A stretch of DNA of 64,000 bases. Source: an uncultured Bacillales bacterium. Its GTDB lineage: Bacteria > Bacillota_I > Bacilli_A > RFN20 > CAG-826. Below, in pieces: positions 8,554-17,761 of the stretch. The DNA is taken from positions 639-64,638 of the forward strand of contig CAMUVS010000005.1 of assembly GCA_947164155.1 (NCBI GenBank), read 5' to 3'. Under the pieces are notes generated by a model, which worked only from the letters and a program-made list of their open reading frames with translations, was not told where the DNA came from and did not search any database. The translations under genes and the position numbers were made by a program. Numbering within the stretch: the stretch's first letter is position 1; each line of letters opens with the position of its first letter.

Positions 8554-9125
8554 ACGGTAAAAATAATTATTCCAAGTAACGCTGATAGACCTAGAAGTTT
8601 AATAGCTCCTAGGTTTTTCTTTTTGACTTTTTTATAGATAAATAGCATCGAAGAAAGAATTACTAATAAAGTAAAACTTCTAATATCAAATTCAAATTCT
8701 CCTTTTAAGGAGGTGCCTTTAAAGAAGAGAACTTTGATAAATAAAACTAAAGCAGTGGATAAGATTAGAGCAAGGACAACTGGCCTAACTCCAGATAATG
8801 CTCCTTGAACATATTTATTCTTCATAAACTTCTTCATAATCATCGCAATAATTAAAATGATGATAATTGAAGGAAGAATAACGCCAATAGTGGAACAAAT
8901 TGCTCCAAACACACCTCCAACAGAATTACCAACGAAAGTGGAGATGTTAATGGCAAATGGTCCAGGAGTGGCTTCACTCACCGCGATAAAGTCAGTGAGA
9001 CTAGATTCTGTGATCCAGCCTTTAGAAACGACTTGCTCTTGAATCATTGGAATCATTGCATAGCCTCCACCAAAGGTGAATAAACCAATTAGAAAGAAGG
9101 TATAGAAAAGTTCAAAGAAAATCAT
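8550..9125 (-). CDS. Chromate ion transporter (CHR) family protein, half-size subunit
   Basis: Motifs FGGGYAMIP and SEATPGP in a polytopic membrane protein. Overlaps its paralogous partner by 4 nt. Confidence 0.85.
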   Translation of the reverse strand: MIFFELFYTFFLIGLFTFGGGYAMIPMIQEQVVSKGWITESSLTDFIAVSEATPGPFAINISTFVGNSVGGVFGAICSTIGVILPSIIIILIIAMIMKKFMKNKYVQGALSGVRPVVLALILSTALVLFIKVLFFKGTSLKGEFEFDIRSFTLLVILSSMLFIYKKVKKKNLGAIKLLGLSALLGIIIFTV

Positions 9126-9712
9126 TTACTACCCTCCTTTTTATTAGCAATTAAAGTTAAAACAATTCCGGTAATTATTCCTAATAAAATTAGGGATAAA
9201 GATAAATATTTAAAACCAATATCAATGAAGGAGAAGACAAGCATTATGCTTAAGGTAGAAACAAATAAAATGGTCCCCACTAAGTTGACTTTAACACCTT
9301 TTCTTAATCTTAAAACAGCAGAGAATAATAAAATAATGACTCCAACTTTTAAGCCTTTAAACATTGCAGCGATTACTGGCCACTTCATAAAGTCTTGATA
9401 GAAGAAAGAAATAACAAAAATAATGACAAAAGAAGGAATGGTGAGACCGATAGTGGCAACTATCCCTCCAACTATTCCTGCAACTTTATAGCCAACATAA
9501 GTAGCGGTATTAACAGCGATTGGTCCAGGAGTAGACTCGCTTATAGCGAGAATATCCATAATTTCTATTTCACTAATCCATTTCCTTTTTTTGGTGACTT
9601 CTTCTTCGATAATTGGAATCATCGCGTAGCCTCCGCCAAAGGTGAGTGCCCCAATTTTCATAAAAGTCAGAAATAGAATTAGTAGCTTAAATAGATAAGA
9701 ATCCTTCTTCAT
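9122..9712 (-). CDS. Chromate ion transporter (CHR) family protein, half-size subunit
   Basis: Motifs FGGGYAMIP and SESTPGP. Paired with the 8550-9125 gene. Confidence 0.85.
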   Translation of the reverse strand: MKKDSYLFKLLILFLTFMKIGALTFGGGYAMIPIIEEEVTKKRKWISEIEIMDILAISESTPGPIAVNTATYVGYKVAGIVGGIVATIGLTIPSFVIIFVISFFYQDFMKWPVIAAMFKGLKVGVIILLFSAVLRLRKGVKVNLVGTILFVSTLSIMLVFSFIDIGFKYLSLSLILLGIITGIVLTLIANKKEGSK

Positions 9713-9782
9713 AACGGACTTATTATATACGAAGTCAATAGATTAATCTATTTGAACCAAGTATATGTATTTTGAAAAAATC

Positions 9783-9816
9783 TTGGAATATATAACTCGT
9801 TATTGCTATAATAACG
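9783..9816 (+). promoter_or_regulatory. greA promoter with a 7-bp inverted repeat embracing the -10
   Basis: TTGGAA (9783-9788), 18-nt spacer, TGCTATAAT (-10 at 9807-9812). The palindrome CGTTATT-gctat-AATAACG spans 9798-9816. Confidence 0.5.
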
Positions 9817-9843
9817 CTTGACTGAATTTGTGAGGTATTAATA

Positions 9844-10326
9844 ATGGCAGAAAAAGTAATCTTAACAAAAGCTGGTAAAGAAGAACTTGAAAAAGAACTT
9901 CGTGAATTAATTGATAACACCAGAGAAGAAGTAAAAAGACAATTAACTGAAGCTCGTGCACAAGGCGACTTAAGTGAAAACGCTGACTACGATGCTGCAA
10001 GAAATAGACAAGCTGAAGTCGAAGGTCGTATTAAAGAGATTGAAAACATCCTCTCCAACGCTGAAATTATCGATGATGAAGCAAAAGCTAAAAAAGGTGG
10101 CAATAAAGTTGCCCTTGGTTCAACTGTTACAGTGAAGTTCATTGAAACAGGTAAAGAAGGCAAGTACATGATTGTTGGTACTGTTGAAAGCGACCCATTC
10201 AATAACAAAATTTCCAACGCTTCTCCATTAGGTGAGGCTTTAATCGGAAAAGTTGTTGGTGACGTCGTTGATGTCAAAGGACCAAAAAAAGTCTACAAAG
10301 TAGAAGTCCTAAAAATAGGCGCCTAA
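9844..10326 (+). CDS. greA: Transcription elongation factor GreA
   Basis: N-terminal coiled coil (LTKAGKEELEKELRELI, DLSENADYDAA) and a C-terminal globular domain (SNASPLGEALIGK). Confidence 0.95.
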   Translation: MAEKVILTKAGKEELEKELRELIDNTREEVKRQLTEARAQGDLSENADYDAARNRQAEVEGRIKEIENILSNAEIIDDEAKAKKGGNKVALGSTVTVKFIETGKEGKYMIVGTVESDPFNNKISNASPLGEALIGKVVGDVVDVKGPKKVYKVEVLKIGA

Positions 10327-10378
10327 AAAAATTTTTTTGCAAAAAAATCGCAAAACCTCCCTCTTTATATAATGTAGG
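10325..10378 (+). repeat. Copy 1 of a roughly 52-nt upstream element (A7T7GCA7TCGCA ... CCCTCTTTATATAATGTAGG)
   Basis: Aligned by eye to 30853-30904. The shared blocks are AAAAAATTTTTTGCAAAAAAATCGCA and CCCTCTTTATATAATGTAGG. It lies directly upstream of comEA. Confidence 0.8.
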
Positions 10379-10392
10379 AGGTTTTTAATTTT

Positions 10393-10923
10393 ATGTTTAA
10401 AATCCTGATCGGGGTCGTAGTTGTGACAATCGCCGTCATTGCCGCATTTGTGATGATCGACCCAAAGTCGCAAATTCAGTCTGCTGGGACAGTTACTGAA
10501 GTTGCAAATACCTTTACCGTCGCTATTGAAGGTGAGGTTTATAAGACTGGCAATTTTACAATGAAAGACGGTAGCACTATGCTCGATTTAATTGAGACTG
10601 CTGGTGGTACAACTGTTAATGCTGATTCTAGAGCGTATTATGATGAAGCCCTTTTAACTAAAGGCATGACTTACTATATTGCCTCTAGATATGATACTAG
10701 TGATGTTTGTAGCGCTAGTGAAGTGAGTAAAGTGAACATCAATATTGATGATGCTGAAACTTTAGCCACAGTAAGTGGCATTACTTCCACAATTGCTAAT
10801 TCCATTATTACTTATCGAGAGACTAATGGAATATTTGCTACTTTAGAAGAACTAATGGAAGTGTACGGCATTGGTAATGCTACTTATCGTAAGATCCGTA
10901 ACTATGTAATTCTTCACGCGTGA
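10393..10923 (+). CDS. comEA: Competence protein ComEA (DNA receptor, helix-hairpin-helix)
   Basis: N-terminal TM anchor and C-terminal HhH region (IITYRETNGIFATLEELMEVYGIGNATYRKI). Followed by comEC. Confidence 0.88.
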   Translation: MFKILIGVVVVTIAVIAAFVMIDPKSQIQSAGTVTEVANTFTVAIEGEVYKTGNFTMKDGSTMLDLIETAGGTTVNADSRAYYDEALLTKGMTYYIASRYDTSDVCSASEVSKVNINIDDAETLATVSGITSTIANSIITYRETNGIFATLEELMEVYGIGNATYRKIRNYVILHA

Positions 10924-12923
10924 GTTTATTAGTTCTGTTTGTTCTTCTATATCTTGGTATCAATGTTCGGGTATCAATAATTCTAGGAGTCATAGAACTA
11001 GTAATTGTTCTTGCTTTTGCCTTTTATCGCTTCGGTAAGAAAGTATTTATTGCTGGGATGATATCTTGCCTCATTGGCGTTGGTTTGTCCTTTATAAGGC
11101 CTAATTTCAATAAGAGCGAATATAACGGAATAGTGGAAGAAGTTAAAGAAAACTACTTCATCTTTAATTCCACTTTTGAAAAACTTTATGTTTATCAAAG
11201 AGAACATTCTTTTGAAATAGGAGATATCTTATCGATAAAAGGTAGTAAAGTTCCTTTGGATTTTGAGGTTTTAGAATCAAACTTCAATTTCCAAAAATAC
11301 CTCAATAACAAAGGGGTATATTCCCAGATGTATCCCACATCAATTGAGGTTAAATTTAGAAACCCAATTAGAGTCTTATCTTTTAAAAAGGAATTTCTTT
11401 CTCATTTTTCTAGTAACTCCAAAGCTTTAATTGGCTCATTTCTTTTCTCTATGGGGAGTGATGAAGATGTCTATAGTGAGATGAGATCGCTTCATTTAAA
11501 TCGTCTATTATCTAATAGCGGATTTTATTTAACGATTCTATATTCGTTTTTAGCGTTTTGTGTTTCTAGATTTATCAAAAAAGACAAATATAAAGACTTA
11601 GTACTTATAGGGTTATTTTTACCTGTTTTTATCTTGTCTTATCCACGGTTTGTGGTCATTAAATTTGTCTTTTTAAAACTCTTAAGATGGATTAATAATC
11701 ATTTATTAAAAAAGAAGTTTTCTTATTTGGAATTAGTCTCCTTTTCTGGAATATTCTTTTTAATTATTAATCCATTTTACGCTTATCAAGATGGATTCTT
11801 ATTAACTTATCTAATCCCAATTAGCGCTTTTTTCTTTCAGAATTCCTTCAAAGGATATAAACCTTTTCAAAAGAAACTACTCGTTAGTGGATTGATCCTA
11901 ATAGAGTTTATTCCTTTTGCCTTAGCGTTTTATCAAGAGGTCTCTATAGTTTCTATTATTTATCATATTATCTTATCTCCGTTTTTTGTTTTATATTATT
12001 TTCTTTCTTTATTATCCATTACCCATATTCCGATATATGGGATAATTAATGGTTATGGAGATTTCTTATCTCAGGCGATATCTTTCTTTTCTAAATATAA
12101 CCTCACAATATATGGAATAGAAATGAGCAATTTAACGATTCTTTTATTTGAAGTTCTATTCTTTATTTTTGTTTATTATTTATCTAGTCGCTTTAAGCCA
12201 ATGATCTACGCTTCTAGTGGGCTATTATTAATTCTTAATCTATTTTATTTTATTCCTCTAAATAGTTTATTTAATGACCAAGTATTTTTTATAAATGTAG
12301 GTCAAGGAGATGCGACATTAATTAGAAGAAAAGATACTGCTATTCTAATTGATACCGGTGGACATAAAAGCATTGATATGGCAAAAGAAACATTAATTCC
12401 ATTTTTTAAAAAGAATCAGATTTATGATATTGATTTATTAATAACCACTCATGATGACTTCGACCATTCCGGAGCGGTTAATTCTCTAATTGAGAATTTT
12501 ACAGTGAAACGTTACGAAAAAGATTATAAATCTTTTCCTATTAGTATAGGAGGATTTAATTTGACTAATTATAATATCTATCCTGAATTATGGAATGAAG
12601 AAAACGATCGTTCGTTAGTGATTGGATTTGCCACTTCAGAATATCATTATCTCATAATGGGTGACGCTCCTAAAAAGATTGAATCTAGGATAATGAAAGA
12701 TAATGTTTCTATTCCTTGTGACATTTTAAAAGTGGGACACCACGGGTCAAACACTTCTAGCAGTGATGCTTTTATTAAATATCTTTCTCCAAAAGTTGGC
12801 GTGATATCATGTGGAAAAAAGAATAAGTACGGACATCCTCATAGTGAAGTAGTAGCGATTTTAAATAAATATAAAGTTCGAATTCGAAGAACTGATTTAG
12901 AAGGAACAATAACTTATTACTAG
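10920..12923 (+). CDS. comEC: DNA internalization competence protein ComEC/Rec2
   Basis: Polytopic competence domain plus a C-terminal metallo-beta-lactamase domain (FFINVGQGDATLI, THDDFDHSG, VGHHGS). GTG start overlaps the comEA stop (GTGA). Confidence 0.92.
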   Translation: MSLLVLFVLLYLGINVRVSIILGVIELVIVLAFAFYRFGKKVFIAGMISCLIGVGLSFIRPNFNKSEYNGIVEEVKENYFIFNSTFEKLYVYQREHSFEIGDILSIKGSKVPLDFEVLESNFNFQKYLNNKGVYSQMYPTSIEVKFRNPIRVLSFKKEFLSHFSSNSKALIGSFLFSMGSDEDVYSEMRSLHLNRLLSNSGFYLTILYSFLAFCVSRFIKKDKYKDLVLIGLFLPVFILSYPRFVVIKFVFLKLLRWINNHLLKKKFSYLELVSFSGIFFLIINPFYAYQDGFLLTYLIPISAFFFQNSFKGYKPFQKKLLVSGLILIEFIPFALAFYQEVSIVSIIYHIILSPFFVLYYFLSLLSITHIPIYGIINGYGDFLSQAISFFSKYNLTIYGIEMSNLTILLFEVLFFIFVYYLSSRFKPMIYASSGLLLILNLFYFIPLNSLFNDQVFFINVGQGDATLIRRKDTAILIDTGGHKSIDMAKETLIPFFKKNQIYDIDLLITTHDDFDHSGAVNSLIENFTVKRYEKDYKSFPISIGGFNLTNYNIYPELWNEENDRSLVIGFATSEYHYLIMGDAPKKIESRIMKDNVSIPCDILKVGHHGSNTSSSDAFIKYLSPKVGVISCGKKNKYGHPHSEVVAILNKYKVRIRRTDLEGTITYY

Positions 12924-12954
12924 TAGAACTGAAAATAAGTTATAATAGTTAGCG

Positions 12955-13935
12955 ATGATTTATTTTGTTTACGGTAATCAAGGACCAAATATTAAGTCGC
13001 AAATCCGAAAGATTGGCGAAGCTTTTTTAGAGGAAGAAAAACCAGATGAGCTTAATTTTATTAAGTTAGATGGCCATAATGTCTTAATCCAAGATGCAGT
13101 TGATGAATGTAAATATGTAGCCTTAGGCTACGAAAAGAAAGTTGTTTCATTAGAAAACTGTTATTTTCTTTTAAAACCAAAACCTAAAAACAAAATTGAA
13201 TCTGATCAAAATTATGACGAGTTATTAGACTATATTGAAAACAGTTCTCAGGACTTAGAATCATGTTTGATACTTTCAGTATGTAGTTCTTCTATTGATG
13301 AAAAAAGCACTCTATTTAAATTGTTAAAAGAAAAAGCAAAAGTTATTCAAATAGTGGATCCAGATGAAAAAGGCTGGAATGAATATGTAAGAGCTTATTT
13401 AGCTAAAAAAGAAATCGTTATCGATAGAGATGCGATTATGGAACTAGCAGAACGTACCTCTGGAGATGTTTCTTTATTTCAAAATAGTGTCCAAATCTTA
13501 ACTTTATATACAGACCACATTCGTTATAAAGATGTTATTTTGATGATTAATAAGCCATTAGAAGATAACGCTTTCTTAATCTTTAATTTATTAATAGATA
13601 ATAAAAACGCTGAAGCGATTGGCTTATTCCGTGATTTGCAAGTTAAGAATATTCAATCTCCAACTTTAATTGCTCAACTTGGTAATCAATTTCGCTTATT
13701 ATCAGAGATTAGTTACTTAAGCAAAAAGAGAATGCCTAAAGAAGAGATCGCCAATGAATTAAAAATTAAACCAGGTAGAGTCTATGTTCTTTCTAAACTC
13801 TTACCAATGATTTCTGATAAAGCCATCAAAAGAACTTTAGATGATTTATATCAACTAGATTTCGACATAAAAAGCGGCCTTGTAGACCGCAATTTTGGTT
13901 TTGAATTGTTTTTAATAAAGTTTAAAACGCAATAA
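12955..13935 (+). CDS. holA: DNA polymerase III subunit delta
   Basis: 326 aa, in the position after comEC as in Bacillus. General HolA layout (IYFVYG N-terminus). Confidence 0.85.
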   Translation: MIYFVYGNQGPNIKSQIRKIGEAFLEEEKPDELNFIKLDGHNVLIQDAVDECKYVALGYEKKVVSLENCYFLLKPKPKNKIESDQNYDELLDYIENSSQDLESCLILSVCSSSIDEKSTLFKLLKEKAKVIQIVDPDEKGWNEYVRAYLAKKEIVIDRDAIMELAERTSGDVSLFQNSVQILTLYTDHIRYKDVILMINKPLEDNAFLIFNLLIDNKNAEAIGLFRDLQVKNIQSPTLIAQLGNQFRLLSEISYLSKKRMPKEEIANELKIKPGRVYVLSKLLPMISDKAIKRTLDDLYQLDFDIKSGLVDRNFGFELFLIKFKTQ

Positions 13936-13942
13936 GGTTTAC

Positions 13943-14206
13943 TTATTTAATAGAGTTAACTAATCTTTGGATCTCGCTTTTTTGTCTTGCAGCGGTGTTT
14001 TTGTGTTGAACACCATCAGAGACGGATTTATCGATTAAACGATATGCTTCTAATAAAGCTTTTTCAGCTTCTTCTTTTTTACCAGCTTCAACTGCAACTT
14101 TTACTTTCTTAATAGAAGTTCTAATTGCACTTTTTGCAGCCTTGTTTCTTAAGCGTGCTTTTTCGTTTGTACGATTACGTTTGATTTGAGATTTAATGTT
14201 TGCCAT
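13943..14206 (-). CDS. rpsT: 30S ribosomal protein S20
   Basis: MANIKSQIKRNRTNEKARLRNKA. 87 aa. Confidence 0.97.
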   Translation of the reverse strand: MANIKSQIKRNRTNEKARLRNKAAKSAIRTSIKKVKVAVEAGKKEEAEKALLEAYRLIDKSVSDGVQHKNTAARQKSEIQRLVNSIK

Positions 14207-14278
14207 GTGTATACCTTCTTTTTTGCGTCAGCGATAATGATACTAAATGCTTATAAATAATGCAAATAATATTTGTAA

Positions 14279-16279
14279 TTATTTCTTCTTCTTTTGTAAT
14301 GAAACAATTTCTTCAGCGAAATCATTAATACAAGTTAATTTACCATAAGATGTTTCTGGAATGGTGACTTTGAATTGATCTTGAACAGTGGTGATTAATT
14401 CCACATAACTCATGGAATCTCCTCCTAAAGCATCAATCCAGTGTGCATCATCATCAATCTTAAATTCTGGAAGAATTAAGATTTTAGAGAAGATTTTTCT
14501 TAATGGTTCAACAACTTTTTCCATAGTTTCTTTAGAGAAGTTTTTGTTGCCTTTAACTTCTTTTTTGAAATCAAATGGGATATAGTCGCCATTCATTGTT
14601 TCAATACTCTTTTTAACAACAAAACGTTTAACTTTCATGTTGTTAGCGATTGGTAATTTATTTCTTGCAAAATAGAATTCTGTAATCTTCGTGCCTTTTG
14701 GTAAATTGAGTCCGGCTTTCTTAACTTCTTCTTTTAAAGCATCGATTTCATCACTAGAAATACTGTTATCAATTTCGACAGCACAAACAATTCTTTGATT
14801 CTTTGTACCTTTTTGATCAACACCTAAGACACAGACAGCTTGGATATGAGGAATCTTCTTAAAGAAGATTTCAAGTTCGTCAGGGAAGATGTTTTCTCCA
14901 TCCGCATTAATGATGACATCTTTCATTCTACCTTTTAAATAATATCTATTTGTGGCGTCGACTTCAGCAATATCGCCAGTAGAGAAATATCCATCTTTAT
15001 CAAGTTGAGTTTCTCTTTCTACTCCACCGATAATTTCTCTAATATGAGTGATATCAGATTTAACTAATAATTCACCAGTACGTCCTTTGCCATTTGTTGG
15101 TTTAATCTTATAGGACACGCCGTGAAGCGGGATACCGATAGAACCTTTAAGTCTTAATTCCACAACTGGAGATAATTCAACAGAAGTAATACCGATTTCT
15201 GTCATTCCATATCCATTATATAATGGATAACCAACACCATTAATCACGGTTTGAGTCTTGCTATCTAGATATCCGCCACCGGAAATACAGAAGCGAATTT
15301 TATTACCTAATAATTTCTTTTGAATAGTGTTTTGAACCATTTTTACTGGTCCAGCTTCTTCTTTTAAGATTTTGCCAGTATTATAGCCAATTAATTTATC
15401 CATGTATTGTTGTCTAGTTGGAGTCTCTAAGGCCTTCTTTCTTTCTAAACCCTGGGCTAAAGAATCCCAAAATAGTGGGACAGAGAAGACGTGAGTGACT
15501 TTACATTTTTGACAGACACTTTGAATTTCTGATGGGGCTAAATTACGAACAAAAACAAAGTTTGCTCCATAATAGAAATACCATAAGAAAGTGGCGATGA
15601 AGCCAAAGATATGGTGGAATGGAATCATTGCTAAAACTTTGAGTGGTCCCATTGATTTTGGATATAAGAGATCTTTAGATGTCTCAGCAAAATCTAAAGC
15701 TGCTAAGATTTGGTGACATAAGTTTTCGCCGTTAAAGACCATAAGTTTAACGTCACCAGTAGTGCCGCTAGAACAGAAGATGACTTCGTTTTCCCAGTTA
15801 GGAGCGAATTCGTAACTGTGTTTTTCTTGTAATAAGTCTCTTAAAGAGAACTTAGGAATATCATATGTGTTGTTATCATCTGTAATAATAGCAATAGCCT
15901 TACCTTGCTTAATTAAGTTTTCAGTTCCTTCTTTAGATGTTTTTGCATCAACTAATAATGGCTTATAGCCAGTCATTAAAATCGCCCAGAAAATCTCTCC
16001 CCAGTGTGGTCCATTATTCGCTTTAAGAACGATCGGAACATTCTTAGGTTGTTGAATCATGAAATTAGATAAAATAGACGCGATTTCAAAGGCGTGCTTT
16101 CTAAATCTTGAATATTTGTATTTCTTTAATTTACCTTCGTTATTAGTGTAGGTAACTGCGATTCTTTTTAAATTTCTTTTTGTGGATAAGACAAATATGT
16201 CTTCCATAGTTCTTGATGTGTTAAGAAGTAAGTTTGCTTCTTCCGCACAGGATTTAACTTTTTTGTATTCAGGGTACAT
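14279..16279 (-). CDS. AMP-forming adenylation enzyme fused to a phosphopantetheine carrier domain (A-T didomain)
   Basis: Adenylate-forming core motifs SSGTTGDVK, GYGMTE, FSTGD and GRMKDVIINADGENIFPDELE. The C-terminal roughly 80 aa contains LGGDSMSYVEL, the Ser attachment motif of carrier proteins. Confidence 0.85.
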   Translation of the reverse strand: MYPEYKKVKSCAEEANLLLNTSRTMEDIFVLSTKRNLKRIAVTYTNNEGKLKKYKYSRFRKHAFEIASILSNFMIQQPKNVPIVLKANNGPHWGEIFWAILMTGYKPLLVDAKTSKEGTENLIKQGKAIAIITDDNNTYDIPKFSLRDLLQEKHSYEFAPNWENEVIFCSSGTTGDVKLMVFNGENLCHQILAALDFAETSKDLLYPKSMGPLKVLAMIPFHHIFGFIATFLWYFYYGANFVFVRNLAPSEIQSVCQKCKVTHVFSVPLFWDSLAQGLERKKALETPTRQQYMDKLIGYNTGKILKEEAGPVKMVQNTIQKKLLGNKIRFCISGGGYLDSKTQTVINGVGYPLYNGYGMTEIGITSVELSPVVELRLKGSIGIPLHGVSYKIKPTNGKGRTGELLVKSDITHIREIIGGVERETQLDKDGYFSTGDIAEVDATNRYYLKGRMKDVIINADGENIFPDELEIFFKKIPHIQAVCVLGVDQKGTKNQRIVCAVEIDNSISSDEIDALKEEVKKAGLNLPKGTKITEFYFARNKLPIANNMKVKRFVVKKSIETMNGDYIPFDFKKEVKGNKNFSKETMEKVVEPLRKIFSKILILPEFKIDDDAHWIDALGGDSMSYVELITTVQDQFKVTIPETSYGKLTCINDFAEEIVSLQKKKK

Positions 16280-16307
16280 GTTAGTCTCCTTTATTTCCTT
16301 GAGTATT

Positions 16308-16769
16308 TTAAACTATTTGTTCATTTATGAGAATATCTTTTGTTTCGATATCATAAATTATGATAGAGCAATAGCTTTCCTTAATATCCATAATCATAAA
16401 TGTTCCGTTTGTCTCGTCTCTAGGAAGAGTAGTAGAGCCAGGATTTAAAAAAACCTTGCCTCCTTCTATATAAAATTTATATTGATGAGTGTGTCCATTA
16501 ATTAAAAATTTATTGTTTTGGATTTGTTCATTAGTAAAAGTTGGCTTGTGCTTCACTAATAAATAGCCTTTTGGTGTATATATCCGAATTAATTCATCAA
16601 ACGGGTAATAATCGGTATTTCCTTTAACTGATTCAAAAGGATATAGAGTATCTCTATCTAGCCCGCTATCACCAGCGTGCAAATAATAATCCATATTAGG
16701 ATAAGCATTAACGAGCTCTTTTAATATCTTCTCGTCTCCATGAGAGTCACTAACCACTAAAATTTTCAC
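16308..16769 (-). CDS. YfcE-type metallophosphoesterase
   Basis: MKILVVSDSHGDE, AGDS, GNTD and NGHTH motifs of the calcineurin-like phosphoesterase fold. Only 28 nt separate it from the A-T didomain gene downstream. Confidence 0.85.
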   Translation of the reverse strand: MKILVVSDSHGDEKILKELVNAYPNMDYYLHAGDSGLDRDTLYPFESVKGNTDYYPFDELIRIYTPKGYLLVKHKPTFTNEQIQNNKFLINGHTHQYKFYIEGGKVFLNPGSTTLPRDETNGTFMIMDIKESYCSIIIYDIETKDILINEQIV

Positions 16770-16828
16770 GATAAATATTATACTCTTTTCTCTTTATAGT
16801 TAGTATCTTTAAGTATATAATTATTCTT

Positions 16829-17761
16829 ATGAATAACAAGCGCATCATTTTTATGGGAACTCCAGAAATATCCGCTACTGTTTTAGAGGGTATTATTTCT
16901 AGTGGATATAATGTGGTTGGTGTTATCGCTCAACCTGATCGCCCAGTTGGAAGAAAAAAGATATTAATGCCCGTTCCTACTAAAGAAGTAGCGTTAAGAC
17001 ATGACATCCCAGTATATCAACCTATTAAGATTAGAAAAGAATATGGATTTGTTAAAGAATTAAACCCAGATGTCATTATCACTTTAGCGTATGGACAAAT
17101 TGTTCCTCAAGGCTTATTAGATATTCCGCCTTTAGGGTGTTTAAATCTTCATGGAAGCTTACTTCCAAAATATCGTGGTGCCGCTCCGATACAATATGCA
17201 CTTATGAATAACGACAAAGTGACCGGAATGACCTTAATGAAAATGGTTAAGGAAATGGATGCCGGAGAGATGTATGCGACTGAAGAAGTGATAATTGAAG
17301 AAAGTGATAATTCAACTTCTTTATTCAAAAAGATGGGCGAGGCTGCTCTTAGATTAATTCTTAGGGAATTACCAAATATTTTAGAAGGAAGGTTAGTGGG
17401 CGTCCCACAAGATGAATCTATGGTGAGTTTTGCTCCAAGCATCAAACCAGAAGAGGAAAAACTTGATTTAAATAAATCAAAAGAAGAGTTAAACGGCTAT
17501 ATTAGAGCCTTAAGCGATGTTCCTGGAGCCTATTTATATTTAGAAGGTCTTAAATTTAAAATTTATCGTTCTTCAATTGTTTCTGATGAACTAATTGGAA
17601 AAGTTGGAGAAATTGTTAAAGCAGATAAAAAAGGACTACATCTACAAACCAAAAATGGGGTTTTAGCCTTATTAGATGTTCAACTTGAAGGCAAAAAAAG
17701 AATGGATTATATGTCCTTTATCAACGGACATCCAAATTTATTACACGAATTATTACAATGA
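16829..17761 (+). CDS. fmt: Methionyl-tRNA formyltransferase
   Basis: IIFMGTPEISA and NLHGSLLPKYRGAAPIQ. Confidence 0.95.
   Translation: MNNKRIIFMGTPEISATVLEGIISSGYNVVGVIAQPDRPVGRKKILMPVPTKEVALRHDIPVYQPIKIRKEYGFVKELNPDVIITLAYGQIVPQGLLDIPPLGCLNLHGSLLPKYRGAAPIQYALMNNDKVTGMTLMKMVKEMDAGEMYATEEVIIEESDNSTSLFKKMGEAALRLILRELPNILEGRLVGVPQDESMVSFAPSIKPEEEKLDLNKSKEELNGYIRALSDVPGAYLYLEGLKFKIYRSSIVSDELIGKVGEIVKADKKGLHLQTKNGVLALLDVQLEGKKRMDYMSFINGHPNLLHELLQ

Noticed and set aside
10325-10350. The A/T tracts of the shared upstream element, considered as ComK boxes (AAAA-N5-TTTT).
   Set aside because: The spacing does not fit the two-AT-box arrangement, no comK is visible, and A/T runs are common in this genome. 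Only the repeat itself is reported as a finding.
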